A DNA stretch of 64,000 nt from a virus (Duplodnaviria > Caudoviricetes): positions 128,001 to 192,000 of the IMG/VR virus record IMGVR_UViG_3300037424_000434. One strand, given 5' to 3'. The notes under the pieces are model-generated. The model was not told where the DNA came from, did not search any database, and was given only the letters and a program-made list of their open reading frames with translations. Shown here piece after piece: positions 21,275 to 29,943 of the stretch; positions within the stretch are counted from its first letter, which is position 1; each line of letters begins with the position of its first letter. Made by a program: the position numbers and the translations under genes.

Positions 21275-22119
21275 TGAACAGACAGCATTACTTTTACAAT
21301 GCAATGCGCAAAACCATTGTCCAGTTCTTGGATTTGTTCAATGATCTGGTTATCGCTCGATATACCCAAGAGGGTGAGGTTATTAAATATGTTAAGGTGC
21401 CCCTGAAGTTTGCACCAAAAACCAAACAATGGTATTGGACAGAGTTGAGAAATGCGGAAGATCGTCGGGACCAAGTGTTGCCCATGATTGCAGTGGAACT
21501 TGAAAGTGTTGAATATGCAAAAGAGCGACAGGTTAATCGTAATCACAAAATAACAGCCGCCAATGATGGAGCAACAGGATATAGATATTATAATCCCGTT
21601 CCCTATGATTTCACTTTTAGCGTTCAGATTGCTGCTGAATATATGGTGGATATAACACAGATAGTGGAACAAATCTTTCCATTCTTTACCCCAGAAGCCT
21701 ATATAAGAATCACCATACCAGAATTAAACATTTCTGGTGCGGGGGTCGGTGGTGCCGATGGTGTCGATAATCTTGATTTAAAGGTTGTATATGAATCATC
21801 CCAGAAGAATGCTACTGTTGAGATAGATGAGGCAAACTTTCGGGTATTACTGTGGACCCTAACATTCAAAGTTCAAGGTTACCTATTCTCTCCAATAGAA
21901 GAGACAAAATCGATCCATACAATTGGTATCAACTATTTTCTTAATGAGGTTGGGTTTGACAATCGTCTTGATGATATTAACAATTTAATAGGTGAGGTTG
22001 GACATTCTGCTGTACAAGGGGTTGTATCGACAACATTAACACCCCAAGATATTATTGATTTGGTTCAGGTTGATGACGACGTTAGAGAGATGTACAAATA
22101 CGAACATTATGAGCAATAA
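21274..22119 (+). CDS. gp15: Tail sheath stabilizer / tail terminator (T4 gp15-like)
   Basis: YFYNAMRKTIVQFLDLFNDL...VPLKFAPK...PVPYDFTFSVQI...QIVEQIFPFFTP motifs. Confidence 0.85.
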   Translation: MNRQHYFYNAMRKTIVQFLDLFNDLVIARYTQEGEVIKYVKVPLKFAPKTKQWYWTELRNAEDRRDQVLPMIAVELESVEYAKERQVNRNHKITAANDGATGYRYYNPVPYDFTFSVQIAAEYMVDITQIVEQIFPFFTPEAYIRITIPELNISGAGVGGADGVDNLDLKVVYESSQKNATVEIDEANFRVLLWTLTFKVQGYLFSPIEETKSIHTIGINYFLNEVGFDNRLDDINNLIGEVGHSAVQGVVSTTLTPQDIIDLVQVDDDVREMYKYEHYEQ

Positions 22120-22623
22120 ATGACAGTTAATAATTTAGCAAAAGCTACCTCCAATAATTTTGAATTAATATTCCCCAAGATACCCACTGAGAGTAGTTTG
22201 GGTGCGATGGAAGGATTGACATTAAATATACATACAACCGTAATACCGTCTATGACATTGGAAACCACTGATATAAACTGGCAAGGCGGGGTTGCTCATT
22301 ATGAAATTGGAACATTAACGTTTGAGCCATGGTATGTAAATTTTACAATAGATTCGAATTATGATAACTGGAAGAAGTTATATAAATGGATAACTTTTAT
22401 AAATAATAATAAGGATAGATTTGGTAGACCACGAGACGAATACAAGGTTGATGCGGTGCTTCGTGTTCTCAACAATTTCAGACAAGAAGTAATGATAATA
22501 GATATACGTAACGTTTGGATAAATATGTTGGGTGAAATAACATTAACCTACCGAGAAGGGGACCAAAACTTAGATTCACAAGCAAATTTCATATATGATA
22601 GATATGAAGTAAGAGATATCTAA
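22120..22623 (+). CDS. gp3: Tail tube terminator (T4 gp3-like)
   Basis: NNFELIFP...VIPSMTL...LTFEPWYVNFTIDSNYDNWKKLYKWI; gp3/gp19-fold size and position. Confidence 0.7.
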   Translation: MTVNNLAKATSNNFELIFPKIPTESSLGAMEGLTLNIHTTVIPSMTLETTDINWQGGVAHYEIGTLTFEPWYVNFTIDSNYDNWKKLYKWITFINNNKDRFGRPRDEYKVDAVLRVLNNFRQEVMIIDIRNVWINMLGEITLTYREGDQNLDSQANFIYDRYEVRDI

Positions 22624-22645
22624 TATAAGGAGGAACACAGTATTA

Positions 22646-22674
22646 TTTACGTTTTATTGCAAATGGTGTACGAT
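22646..22674 (+). promoter_or_regulatory. Putative sigma70-type promoter of the first Hef-like gene
   Basis: TTTACG-17 nt-TACGAT, with ATGGTG just before the -10 box as in the gp47 promoter. Confidence 0.45.
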
Positions 22675-22692
22675 ATATGAAAGGGGTATACA

Positions 22693-24327
22693 ATGAAATT
22701 AACAGATGATACTATAGAAAAATATGATATCTACATCACAACAAACGGCAAATATCGTTCTCGTGTACAAAAAAGAACTTATACCTTATTAATATGTGAG
22801 GAATGTGGGGAAGATTTTTTGGGTATAGATGAGAAAAGAAAATTTTGTACAAAAAAATGTTCAGCAAATAACGAAAATGTATCACTGAAACGTGCAAAAA
22901 CAAATATAATTAAATATGGATGTTCCGAACCTCTATCCAATCATGACATAAGAGAAAAGGCAAAAGATACAAAAAATATAAAATATGGCGATGAAAATTT
23001 TGTGAATCCACAAAAAGCATTGAGAACAAAAATAAAAAAATATGGCGATTTTGAATCTATTACAGAAAAAACAAAATCAACGAAACTGGAAATATATGAT
23101 GACGAATATTACACCAATCCTAACAAGAGAATAGAAACTTTAATAGAACGATATGATGTAAAAGATTCTTTCTCCATAAAAGGTGTATCAGAAAAAATAA
23201 AAGAAAGATTGTTAGATAATTATGGAGTTGATAATTTTTTTAAATCAAATCTTTTTATAGAACAAAAGAAAAAGCTAATATCAGAAGAACGAAATATACG
23301 ATATCAGAGAATATATAAAGAATTTTCTGACGAAAAGTATACAATATTAACCAGTATATATGAATATATACTGACAGGCGGTCTTGTCATAGCAAAATGT
23401 CCAAAAGGACATATTCAAGAATATTATATAAGCAATTGGAACAAAGGATGTAGATGTGGTAAGTGTTTTGGGAATGTTTCAAAAACCGAAATAGAGATTT
23501 CCGACTTTGTTAAAAGCTTGGATGTTCATGTGATATCGAATGATAGAACAATAATTTCTCCACTTGAATTGGATATAGTTATACCAGAAAAGAAAATAGC
23601 AATCGAATATTGTGGTTTATATTGGCACAGTGAAGAACTTGGTAAAAGTAAAGGATATCATTTACATAAATTGGAAAAATGCAAAGAAAAAGATTATCAA
23701 TTAATTACTGTTTTTGAGAATGAATGGATTAATACCAAAGACATAGTTAAATCTATAATAAAAACAAAATTGGGCAAATTGGATTATAAAATACACGCAA
23801 GACAATGTGTGATAAAAGAAACCTCTTTTGCCGAAAAAAAAATTTTCTTGGGCGATAACCATTTACAAGGGGATTGTGTATCAAAATACAATATGGGATT
23901 ATATTTTAAAGATGAACTGGTTTCATTGTTAACTATAGGAAAATCCAGATTTGATAATAAATATGATTATGAGATATTAAGATTCTGTAATAAATTGAAT
24001 ACATCTATTTCTGGTTCATTTTCTAAGTTATTTTCTCATTTCAAGAAAAACATTGGTAGTGGATATATTGTTACATATTCTGATAGAAGATATTTTGATG
24101 GAATGATTTATGCAAATAATGGTTTTATATTTGAGAAATACACAGAACCAAATTATTGGTATAGCAAAGGGTATAACCTATATAACAGAATGGTATTCCA
24201 AAAACACAAACTAAAAAATAAATTATCATCTTATAACGATAATTTGACGGAAAAAGAAAATATGGAAAAAGATAAATACTATAGAATATGGGATTGCGGG
24301 AATTACAAATATTCCATAGTAATTTAA
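22693..24327 (+). CDS. Hef-like free-standing homing endonuclease with C-terminal GNAT-like domain
   Basis: SKTEIEI...ELDIVIPEKKIAIEYCGLYWHS PD-(D/E)XK/Vsr-like core, then ARQC...NHLQG...LRFC...TYSDRRY...RIWDCGN. Lys-rich and more AT-rich than its flanks. Confidence 0.75.
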   Translation: MKLTDDTIEKYDIYITTNGKYRSRVQKRTYTLLICEECGEDFLGIDEKRKFCTKKCSANNENVSLKRAKTNIIKYGCSEPLSNHDIREKAKDTKNIKYGDENFVNPQKALRTKIKKYGDFESITEKTKSTKLEIYDDEYYTNPNKRIETLIERYDVKDSFSIKGVSEKIKERLLDNYGVDNFFKSNLFIEQKKKLISEERNIRYQRIYKEFSDEKYTILTSIYEYILTGGLVIAKCPKGHIQEYYISNWNKGCRCGKCFGNVSKTEIEISDFVKSLDVHVISNDRTIISPLELDIVIPEKKIAIEYCGLYWHSEELGKSKGYHLHKLEKCKEKDYQLITVFENEWINTKDIVKSIIKTKLGKLDYKIHARQCVIKETSFAEKKIFLGDNHLQGDCVSKYNMGLYFKDELVSLLTIGKSRFDNKYDYEILRFCNKLNTSISGSFSKLFSHFKKNIGSGYIVTYSDRRYFDGMIYANNGFIFEKYTEPNYWYSKGYNLYNRMVFQKHKLKNKLSSYNDNLTEKENMEKDKYYRIWDCGNYKYSIVI

Positions 24328-24341
24328 GGAGGAACAACAGT

Positions 24342-26567
24342 ATGGCTTTTTATTTGTCTCCACTTGTAGACGTTAACGAAATTGATTTGTCTACAACCAT
24401 TGGTGCCGTTGCTACAAGTATCGGAGTAATTGCCCTCAGAGATACCTACAAGGGCGCGGAGAAGAAACAAACCCTCGTCACAGATGAACAAGATTTAATC
24501 AAGGCATTCGGGGAACCTGATAACTCTTCTTATGAAGATATTTTGTCGGCTACGGGTTTTCTTAAATATGGAAATAAACTGTACGCGACACGAGTGTTGC
24601 CGGGGGATGCAACGTTTGCTGGCTTGACCATTCCGGTAGGCTCTGGGCTAACAGTTGATATCGATACAACCGCAGACGGTGTTGGTACCGTACTTGGTGC
24701 AATTACTGCCGGTGGTACAGGATACAGTGATGGTCTTGCAGAAGCAACCACGGGTGGAACAGGAACTGGGTTAACCGTAGATATCACAACTTCCGCTGGT
24801 GTTGTGACAGTTGTTACGCTTAATGCGGGTGGTAGTGGATACACTGCCGCTGATGTTCTTACTGTGGCAAGTGGAAACGCAGATGCGACTTTTGTTGTGA
24901 CATCCATCGCCGATGGTGTGGTAACAGCAGTGTCTATGGCAAGCTCTGGTACGGGATATACTGATGGACAGGTTGTGCCTGTTCTTGGCGGTACTGGCAC
25001 AGGACTTACTGTGGAGATTACAGACGGTAACGCTGATGGTATACCCGAGTCAGTGGCTGTTTCGACAGGTGGTTCTGGTTATGCTGCTATAGTGTCACTG
25101 GCAACATTTTCTGGTGGAAATGCTTTCTCTGCTCTTGATTTGGGTTTTCCAACTCAGACCATGGCAGACCTTCCAAGCGAAGATCCCGATGATTTTGGTA
25201 ATGACGTGACCGTAACAACCGCAGGCGATCAAATGTGGGTTATTGCGGCGTCTCGCGGAGCATGGGGGAACAATGTTCGTGTTGCATTCCTTGATTACGC
25301 CACTCAGCGCACAATGATTGATGGTTCTGCTGGGGCATATGTTGCAGGTGGGTCATACGAACAATTTGCTTCACAGGATAATGCTCTGGAGTCAACCACT
25401 GATTTTTTGGTGATGGTCCAAGAAAAACCGCAAAGAAAAAATACATGGGTAACAAGAGAAACATTTAATGTGTCAACCGATCCTAATGCGCTCGATGATA
25501 CTGGTGGTAAGAGATATGCTGAAGACGTGATCAACCAGTCTTCTAATATCATTCGCGTGGCTCTTGGTGGTGTTGTTGAAGGCGAAGCTTTTGATGCATC
25601 CTTAGCACAGGATGGATGGTATACATTGGTTGGCGGTACTAGTGGTACATATGTAGCACTAGAACAAGATGCTGAAGTTATCGCAGCATATCGTTTATAT
25701 GAAGACCCGGAAACAGTTGACATCAATCTCATCATTGATTCAAATAAATCAGAAACAGTTAAGGCTGATCTGGTAGCTCTATGCGAGTCAAGGCTTGATT
25801 GTATGTTGATTGCTGACGTACCCAAAGCTATTGTTGTTAACAACAAAGGCAATGAGACCACAGACATTCGTGATTGGAGAAATGGAACTGGTTCTTATAC
25901 AACAACAAACTTTAATCAAAATTCTTCATATGCTGCTGTTTACGGTAACTGGTTGGAAGTGTATGATAAGTACAATCAGAAGTATAGGTGGATTCCATCC
26001 TCTGGGTATATTGCAGGAGTGTATGCAAAAACCGATGATGTACGTGACCCTTGGTATGCCCCTGCGGGACTAAACCGCGCAGTTCTTACACAGGTTCGCA
26101 GACTTGCATGGAACCCCAAAATGGGTAACAGAGACATTCTGTACAGTAACGGAATCAACCCAATCGTATCTTTTTCCGGTGAAGGAAAGGTTGTTTGGGG
26201 CCAAAAGACAATGCTTGCAAAGTCTTCCGCATTTGATCGAGTTAATGTTCGCAGATTGTTTATGGTTCTTGAAAAAGCGATCAGCACTTCAGCGAAATAC
26301 TTTTTGTTCGAGCCCAATGATTCGGCAACGAGAGTTCTGTTGAAATCAATGATTGATCCGTTCTTGCGTGATATTCAGTCAAGACGCGGAATATATGAAT
26401 TCAAGGTTATCTGTGATGAAAGCAATAACACAGATGAGAGAATTGATAGAAATGAACTATGGTGTGATATTCTTATCAAACCTACTCGTTCCGCTGAGTT
26501 CATTGTCCTGAATTTCGTTGCAACAAAAACGGGAGCTTCGTTTGAAGAAGCTGTTAATGCGATATAA
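24342..26567 (+). CDS. gp18: Tail sheath protein
   Basis: LSPLVDVNEIDLS N-terminus; PWYAPAGLNR, INPIVSF, WGQKT, FDRVNVRRLF motifs; start after AGGAGG. Confidence 0.95.
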   Translation: MAFYLSPLVDVNEIDLSTTIGAVATSIGVIALRDTYKGAEKKQTLVTDEQDLIKAFGEPDNSSYEDILSATGFLKYGNKLYATRVLPGDATFAGLTIPVGSGLTVDIDTTADGVGTVLGAITAGGTGYSDGLAEATTGGTGTGLTVDITTSAGVVTVVTLNAGGSGYTAADVLTVASGNADATFVVTSIADGVVTAVSMASSGTGYTDGQVVPVLGGTGTGLTVEITDGNADGIPESVAVSTGGSGYAAIVSLATFSGGNAFSALDLGFPTQTMADLPSEDPDDFGNDVTVTTAGDQMWVIAASRGAWGNNVRVAFLDYATQRTMIDGSAGAYVAGGSYEQFASQDNALESTTDFLVMVQEKPQRKNTWVTRETFNVSTDPNALDDTGGKRYAEDVINQSSNIIRVALGGVVEGEAFDASLAQDGWYTLVGGTSGTYVALEQDAEVIAAYRLYEDPETVDINLIIDSNKSETVKADLVALCESRLDCMLIADVPKAIVVNNKGNETTDIRDWRNGTGSYTTTNFNQNSSYAAVYGNWLEVYDKYNQKYRWIPSSGYIAGVYAKTDDVRDPWYAPAGLNRAVLTQVRRLAWNPKMGNRDILYSNGINPIVSFSGEGKVVWGQKTMLAKSSAFDRVNVRRLFMVLEKAISTSAKYFLFEPNDSATRVLLKSMIDPFLRDIQSRRGIYEFKVICDESNNTDERIDRNELWCDILIKPTRSAEFIVLNFVATKTGASFEEAVNAI

Positions 26568-26613
26568 AGAAGGTTATGTAATTATATAGAATGGGACACC
26601 ATTGGCCGATGCT

Positions 26614-26639
26614 GAGTCAACTTACCCTTTAGTTGACTC
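26614..26639 (+). promoter_or_regulatory. Stem-loop upstream of the second Hef-like gene
   Basis: Perfect 9-bp inverted repeat GAGTCAACT / AGTTGACTC with an 8-nt loop TACCCTTT. Confidence 0.55.
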
Positions 26640-26669
26640 TAACCATTTAATATAATATAAAGGGGTATT

Positions 26670-28199
26670 ATGAATAAATGTATTGTGTGCGAAGCAGAGA
26701 CAAACAAAAAAAGAAAATTTTGTTCGATAAAATGTGGTTCCATTTATACCAACGAAAAGAGAAGACGTGATAGAAAGGCCCTTTTGGATACTGCAATCAT
26801 ATATGACAGGAATAAGACGGTTTCTTTAATCAAAGAATATCACAAAAAAAGTATTATATCAAAAAATAACATTACACAGAGTTTATACAAAGTTGATGTA
26901 AATTTGATACCATCAATAGAATATCATACACAATACATAAAAAACAGAAAATTCAAAGAAAAGTATTATCATATATTAAATAATTTGTCATGTATCCCAG
27001 AATGTAGAGAGTGTGGTTCTTTGTTGGATGTTAATTTTGTGACAATTGAACAAGGATACCAATCTTTGTTGTGCAAAAAGTGTTCACAGCTAGAATTAAA
27101 CAAAAAAACCAGTGACACTCACAAGACAAATAAACGAACAAAAAATTTTGAACTATATAAAAAGACATTAAGTGATGAATTCATTATAACAACAAACAAA
27201 AACGATTTTATTGAAACCGGTGAATTATCTTATATACACAGAGAATGTGGTAAGGCATTTTCACGAAAATTAGCATATCATAATGGGTGCCCTTATTGCT
27301 CCAAACAAGGAATATCCAAATGGGAAAAAGAGGTAAACAATTTTATTGAATCTCTTGATGTGGCGACAACATGTAACAAAAAGTTATTAAAAGATGAAAC
27401 TCAGCAGGGCAACAAAGGCAATCGCGAAATTGATATCTATGTCCCCTCATATGAATTAGGTATCGAGTGTAATGGAAATTATACTCATACGGAAAATAGT
27501 GGGGGGAAAGACAGAAGTTATCATCTACACAAAACAGAAAAATCGTTAGAATTGGGTGTAAAGTTAATTCATATTCTGGAATCAGAATGGATACTCAAAA
27601 ACGAAATAGTTAAGTCGATAATTTCAAACAAATTACACAAATCAACAAACATTATATATGCAAGGAAATGTGTAATAAAAGAAGTTAGTGTAAACGACAA
27701 AAATGAATTCTTAGAACAAAACCATTTACAAGGAAAAGATAATTCCAAAATAAGATTAGGTTTATGTTATAATGATAAATTAGTATCAATTATGACATTT
27801 GGTTCAAGAAGGATAACAGGAAAAACAACGTTTGAATTATTGAGGTATTGTAACATATTGAATACTAATGTAGTTGGTGGTGCTTCGAAGTTGTTTAAAA
27901 TGTTTTTGAATAATTTTTGGGATGGACAAGAAATACATACATATGCTGACAGAAGATATAGCACAGGTGATTTGTATGATAAATTGGGATTTACTTTATC
28001 ACATATAAGCCCACCTAATTACTGGTATTGCCATAAAAAAGATTTATATACAATATTTCACAGATCTATTTTCATGAAACATAAATTGGAAAAGAGGTTG
28101 GATATATTTAACCCTGACACAACGGAATGGGATAACATGCAAGTAAATGGATATGATAGGATCTGGGATTGTGGTAATTATGTTTTTTGTTATAAATAG
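26670..28199 (+). CDS. Hef-like free-standing homing endonuclease (paralog of 22693..24327)
   Basis: SKWEKEV...EIDIYVPSYELGIECNGNYTH core; ARKC...NHLQG...LRYC...YADRRY...RIWDCGN tail; N-terminal CxxC clusters. Confidence 0.75.
   Translation: MNKCIVCEAETNKKRKFCSIKCGSIYTNEKRRRDRKALLDTAIIYDRNKTVSLIKEYHKKSIISKNNITQSLYKVDVNLIPSIEYHTQYIKNRKFKEKYYHILNNLSCIPECRECGSLLDVNFVTIEQGYQSLLCKKCSQLELNKKTSDTHKTNKRTKNFELYKKTLSDEFIITTNKNDFIETGELSYIHRECGKAFSRKLAYHNGCPYCSKQGISKWEKEVNNFIESLDVATTCNKKLLKDETQQGNKGNREIDIYVPSYELGIECNGNYTHTENSGGKDRSYHLHKTEKSLELGVKLIHILESEWILKNEIVKSIISNKLHKSTNIIYARKCVIKEVSVNDKNEFLEQNHLQGKDNSKIRLGLCYNDKLVSIMTFGSRRITGKTTFELLRYCNILNTNVVGGASKLFKMFLNNFWDGQEIHTYADRRYSTGDLYDKLGFTLSHISPPNYWYCHKKDLYTIFHRSIFMKHKLEKRLDIFNPDTTEWDNMQVNGYDRIWDCGNYVFCYK
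28191..28198 (+). promoter_or_regulatory. T4-type late promoter for gp19, overlapping the last codons of the Hef-like gene
   Basis: TAT AAA TAG encodes Y-K-stop and also spells TATAAATA, 55 nt before gp19. Confidence 0.65.
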
Positions 28200-28253
28200 A
28201 TATAACAGTTAATATGGGGGAGGAAACAGCCCCTACATTTAGGAGGAAAACAA

Positions 28254-28808
28254 ATGGCTTTTAACATTGACGCAATGACAGATAGATATACTGATTTTAT
28301 GCGTAATTATTTGTTCTATTGCAAAATAGTACAAGCACCCGCAGGGATTCTTGGTGGGGCACTACAAAACAATCACCCATATCTTGTAACATCCGCTAAC
28401 CTTCCAACCACAACGATTGGTCATGCTGAAGCGGCGTTTCAGGGGAATACTTATAGAGTTGGAACAACAACCGAGTTTGAGGATTATACCGTTACATTTC
28501 GTGCCGATGTAAATCATGACCTCAGACGTGAATTCCTTAGATGGGCTAATATTATACATAACCCAATCACAAACGTTCACGGTACTCCTACTAGTTATCA
28601 TGGAAAAATGGCATTGGATCATATTGGACCAGACGGACAAGTTAAAATGAAGTACAATTTTATAAAGATATGGCCGAAAGTTGTCGGTGAAATCGCACTT
28701 GAACATACAAGCAAAGATTTTTCGACATTTCCTGTCACATTTTCATATCAGTACCATTATGCTGATAGCGTTAATGGGGTAACTGCTGACCCAACCGGGA
28801 CCGTTTAA
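28254..28808 (+). CDS. gp19: Tail tube protein
   Basis: SANLPTTTIG...FQG...GTTTEFEDYTVTF...IWPKVVGEIAL...FPVTFSYQY; directly after the sheath gene. Confidence 0.85.
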   Translation: MAFNIDAMTDRYTDFMRNYLFYCKIVQAPAGILGGALQNNHPYLVTSANLPTTTIGHAEAAFQGNTYRVGTTTEFEDYTVTFRADVNHDLRREFLRWANIIHNPITNVHGTPTSYHGKMALDHIGPDGQVKMKYNFIKIWPKVVGEIALEHTSKDFSTFPVTFSYQYHYADSVNGVTADPTGTV

Positions 28809-28836
28809 TTAGTTAAAATATTTGTGGAGGTACTCG

Positions 28837-29664
28837 ATGAGTAGCCAAAAATTTGTGTCGGAAACACCGCAGGACCGTGAAAAAAGATTGGCTGAGAAGA
28901 AACCAATAGCGGAAACATTAGTTGCCATTGATATAAAATCATATATTAATGTATACGAATTTAGCACAGTATTACCGGGAAATGGTCAAACTGTAAAATT
29001 TAAACCTGTAACCACAGGTCAGATGAAAAAATTGTTAGCTTATGAACAATCTGATTCTCCCATGGAAATGGAAAAGGCATTGGATTCGTTGATAGAGGAG
29101 TGTGTAATTTCGCCTGACTTTGACATTAACAAACTGTATTTACAAGACCGTTTCTTTTTGTTGCTTCAGATAAGAAGCAAAACAAAAGGCGATAGATATG
29201 ACTTCACATGGAAATGTCCCATATGTGAATTAGATCAACCGGCCAGTGCCAAAATCAGTGACATGGATATTGTGTCGGCGTTGAACACAACAACAGTTAT
29301 TGATATAAATGATTCTCTTAAAGCAGAATTTGGGTTCCCGACTAGAGGTATTCAACGAGAGGCCGTTGCTATAGCAGAATCCCTCAAAGGAATAACCGAG
29401 GCCGAAAGAATGTTTGAGATAGGTGTTTACACGTATGCGTTATGTATGACCACCTTTACCACTCCAGCCGGGAAAGTGGTACCGACATTAGAGGATAAAT
29501 ATATTGTGCTGAACAGCGAAAAAAGTGAGGTGCTTTCGTCTATTCAGAAATGGATGGAAGAGAACGACTTTGGGGTTGAGTTTTTACAGAAAGTTGGTTG
29601 CGCGAACCCTTCATGTGAATTCACTCATACCATGGAGATTCCATATACAAATTTTTTCGGCTAA
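28837..29664 (+). CDS. gp26: Baseplate hub assembly protein (T4 gp26-like)
   Basis: VKFKPVTTGQMKKLL...DRFFLLLQIRSKTKG...CPIC; ends with the NFFG motif typical of the family. Confidence 0.75.
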   Translation: MSSQKFVSETPQDREKRLAEKKPIAETLVAIDIKSYINVYEFSTVLPGNGQTVKFKPVTTGQMKKLLAYEQSDSPMEMEKALDSLIEECVISPDFDINKLYLQDRFFLLLQIRSKTKGDRYDFTWKCPICELDQPASAKISDMDIVSALNTTTVIDINDSLKAEFGFPTRGIQREAVAIAESLKGITEAERMFEIGVYTYALCMTTFTTPAGKVVPTLEDKYIVLNSEKSEVLSSIQKWMEENDFGVEFLQKVGCANPSCEFTHTMEIPYTNFFG

Positions 29665-29852
29665 TGTTTGTTCTGTGTAGTGACTGCGATTTGGATAGTA
29701 TAATCGGGGAGCAATATTTTCTGGCACGTAGAGCAAACATCTCGTTTTCGGATAGCCAAAATCTTGCTGATTTTGAGAGAGTCATATTAGTTGGGATGAC
29801 TTCTAAAGACTTGAAAGAAGAAGCTGATATGTATAACAACATTGGTAGATAA
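29664..29852 (+). CDS. gp51: Baseplate hub assembly catalyst (T4 gp51-like)
   Basis: 62 aa, TAATG-coupled to gp26; QYFLARRANISFSD..L.DFERVI pattern. Confidence 0.6.
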   Translation: MFVLCSDCDLDSIIGEQYFLARRANISFSDSQNLADFERVILVGMTSKDLKEEADMYNNIGR

Positions 29853-29890
29853 TAAATTTCTTGGAAGGATTGACTTCCAATGAGACTCAC

Positions 29891-29930
29891 AAAGGGTCTG
29901 GGGTGATAAATAATCCCAGACCCTTTTGTT
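29891..29930 (+). terminator. Rho-independent terminator with GATAAATA in its loop
   Basis: 12-bp perfect stem AAAGGGTCTGGG / CCCAGACCCTTT followed by a T-rich tail; loop contains GATAAATA (29905-29912). Confidence 0.75.
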
Positions 29931-29943
29931 TTAGGAGAACGCA

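Larger units (their letters stand above)
22626..24343 (+). repeat. Near-perfect 18/19-bp direct repeat flanking the first Hef-like gene
   Basis: TAAGGAGGAACACAGTAT (22626-22643) and TAAGGAGGAACAACAGTAT (24325-24343). Confidence 0.75.

Noticed and set aside
19904-24341. Upstream start codons given in the ORF track for 19904, 20660 and 24288
   Set aside because: They overlap upstream genes or promoters. Downstream ATGs with proper SDs (19997, 20687, 24342) fit better.
22693-28199. Hef-like ORFs as IS transposases
   Set aside because: No DDE, HUH or TnpB motifs and no terminal inverted repeats were recognised.
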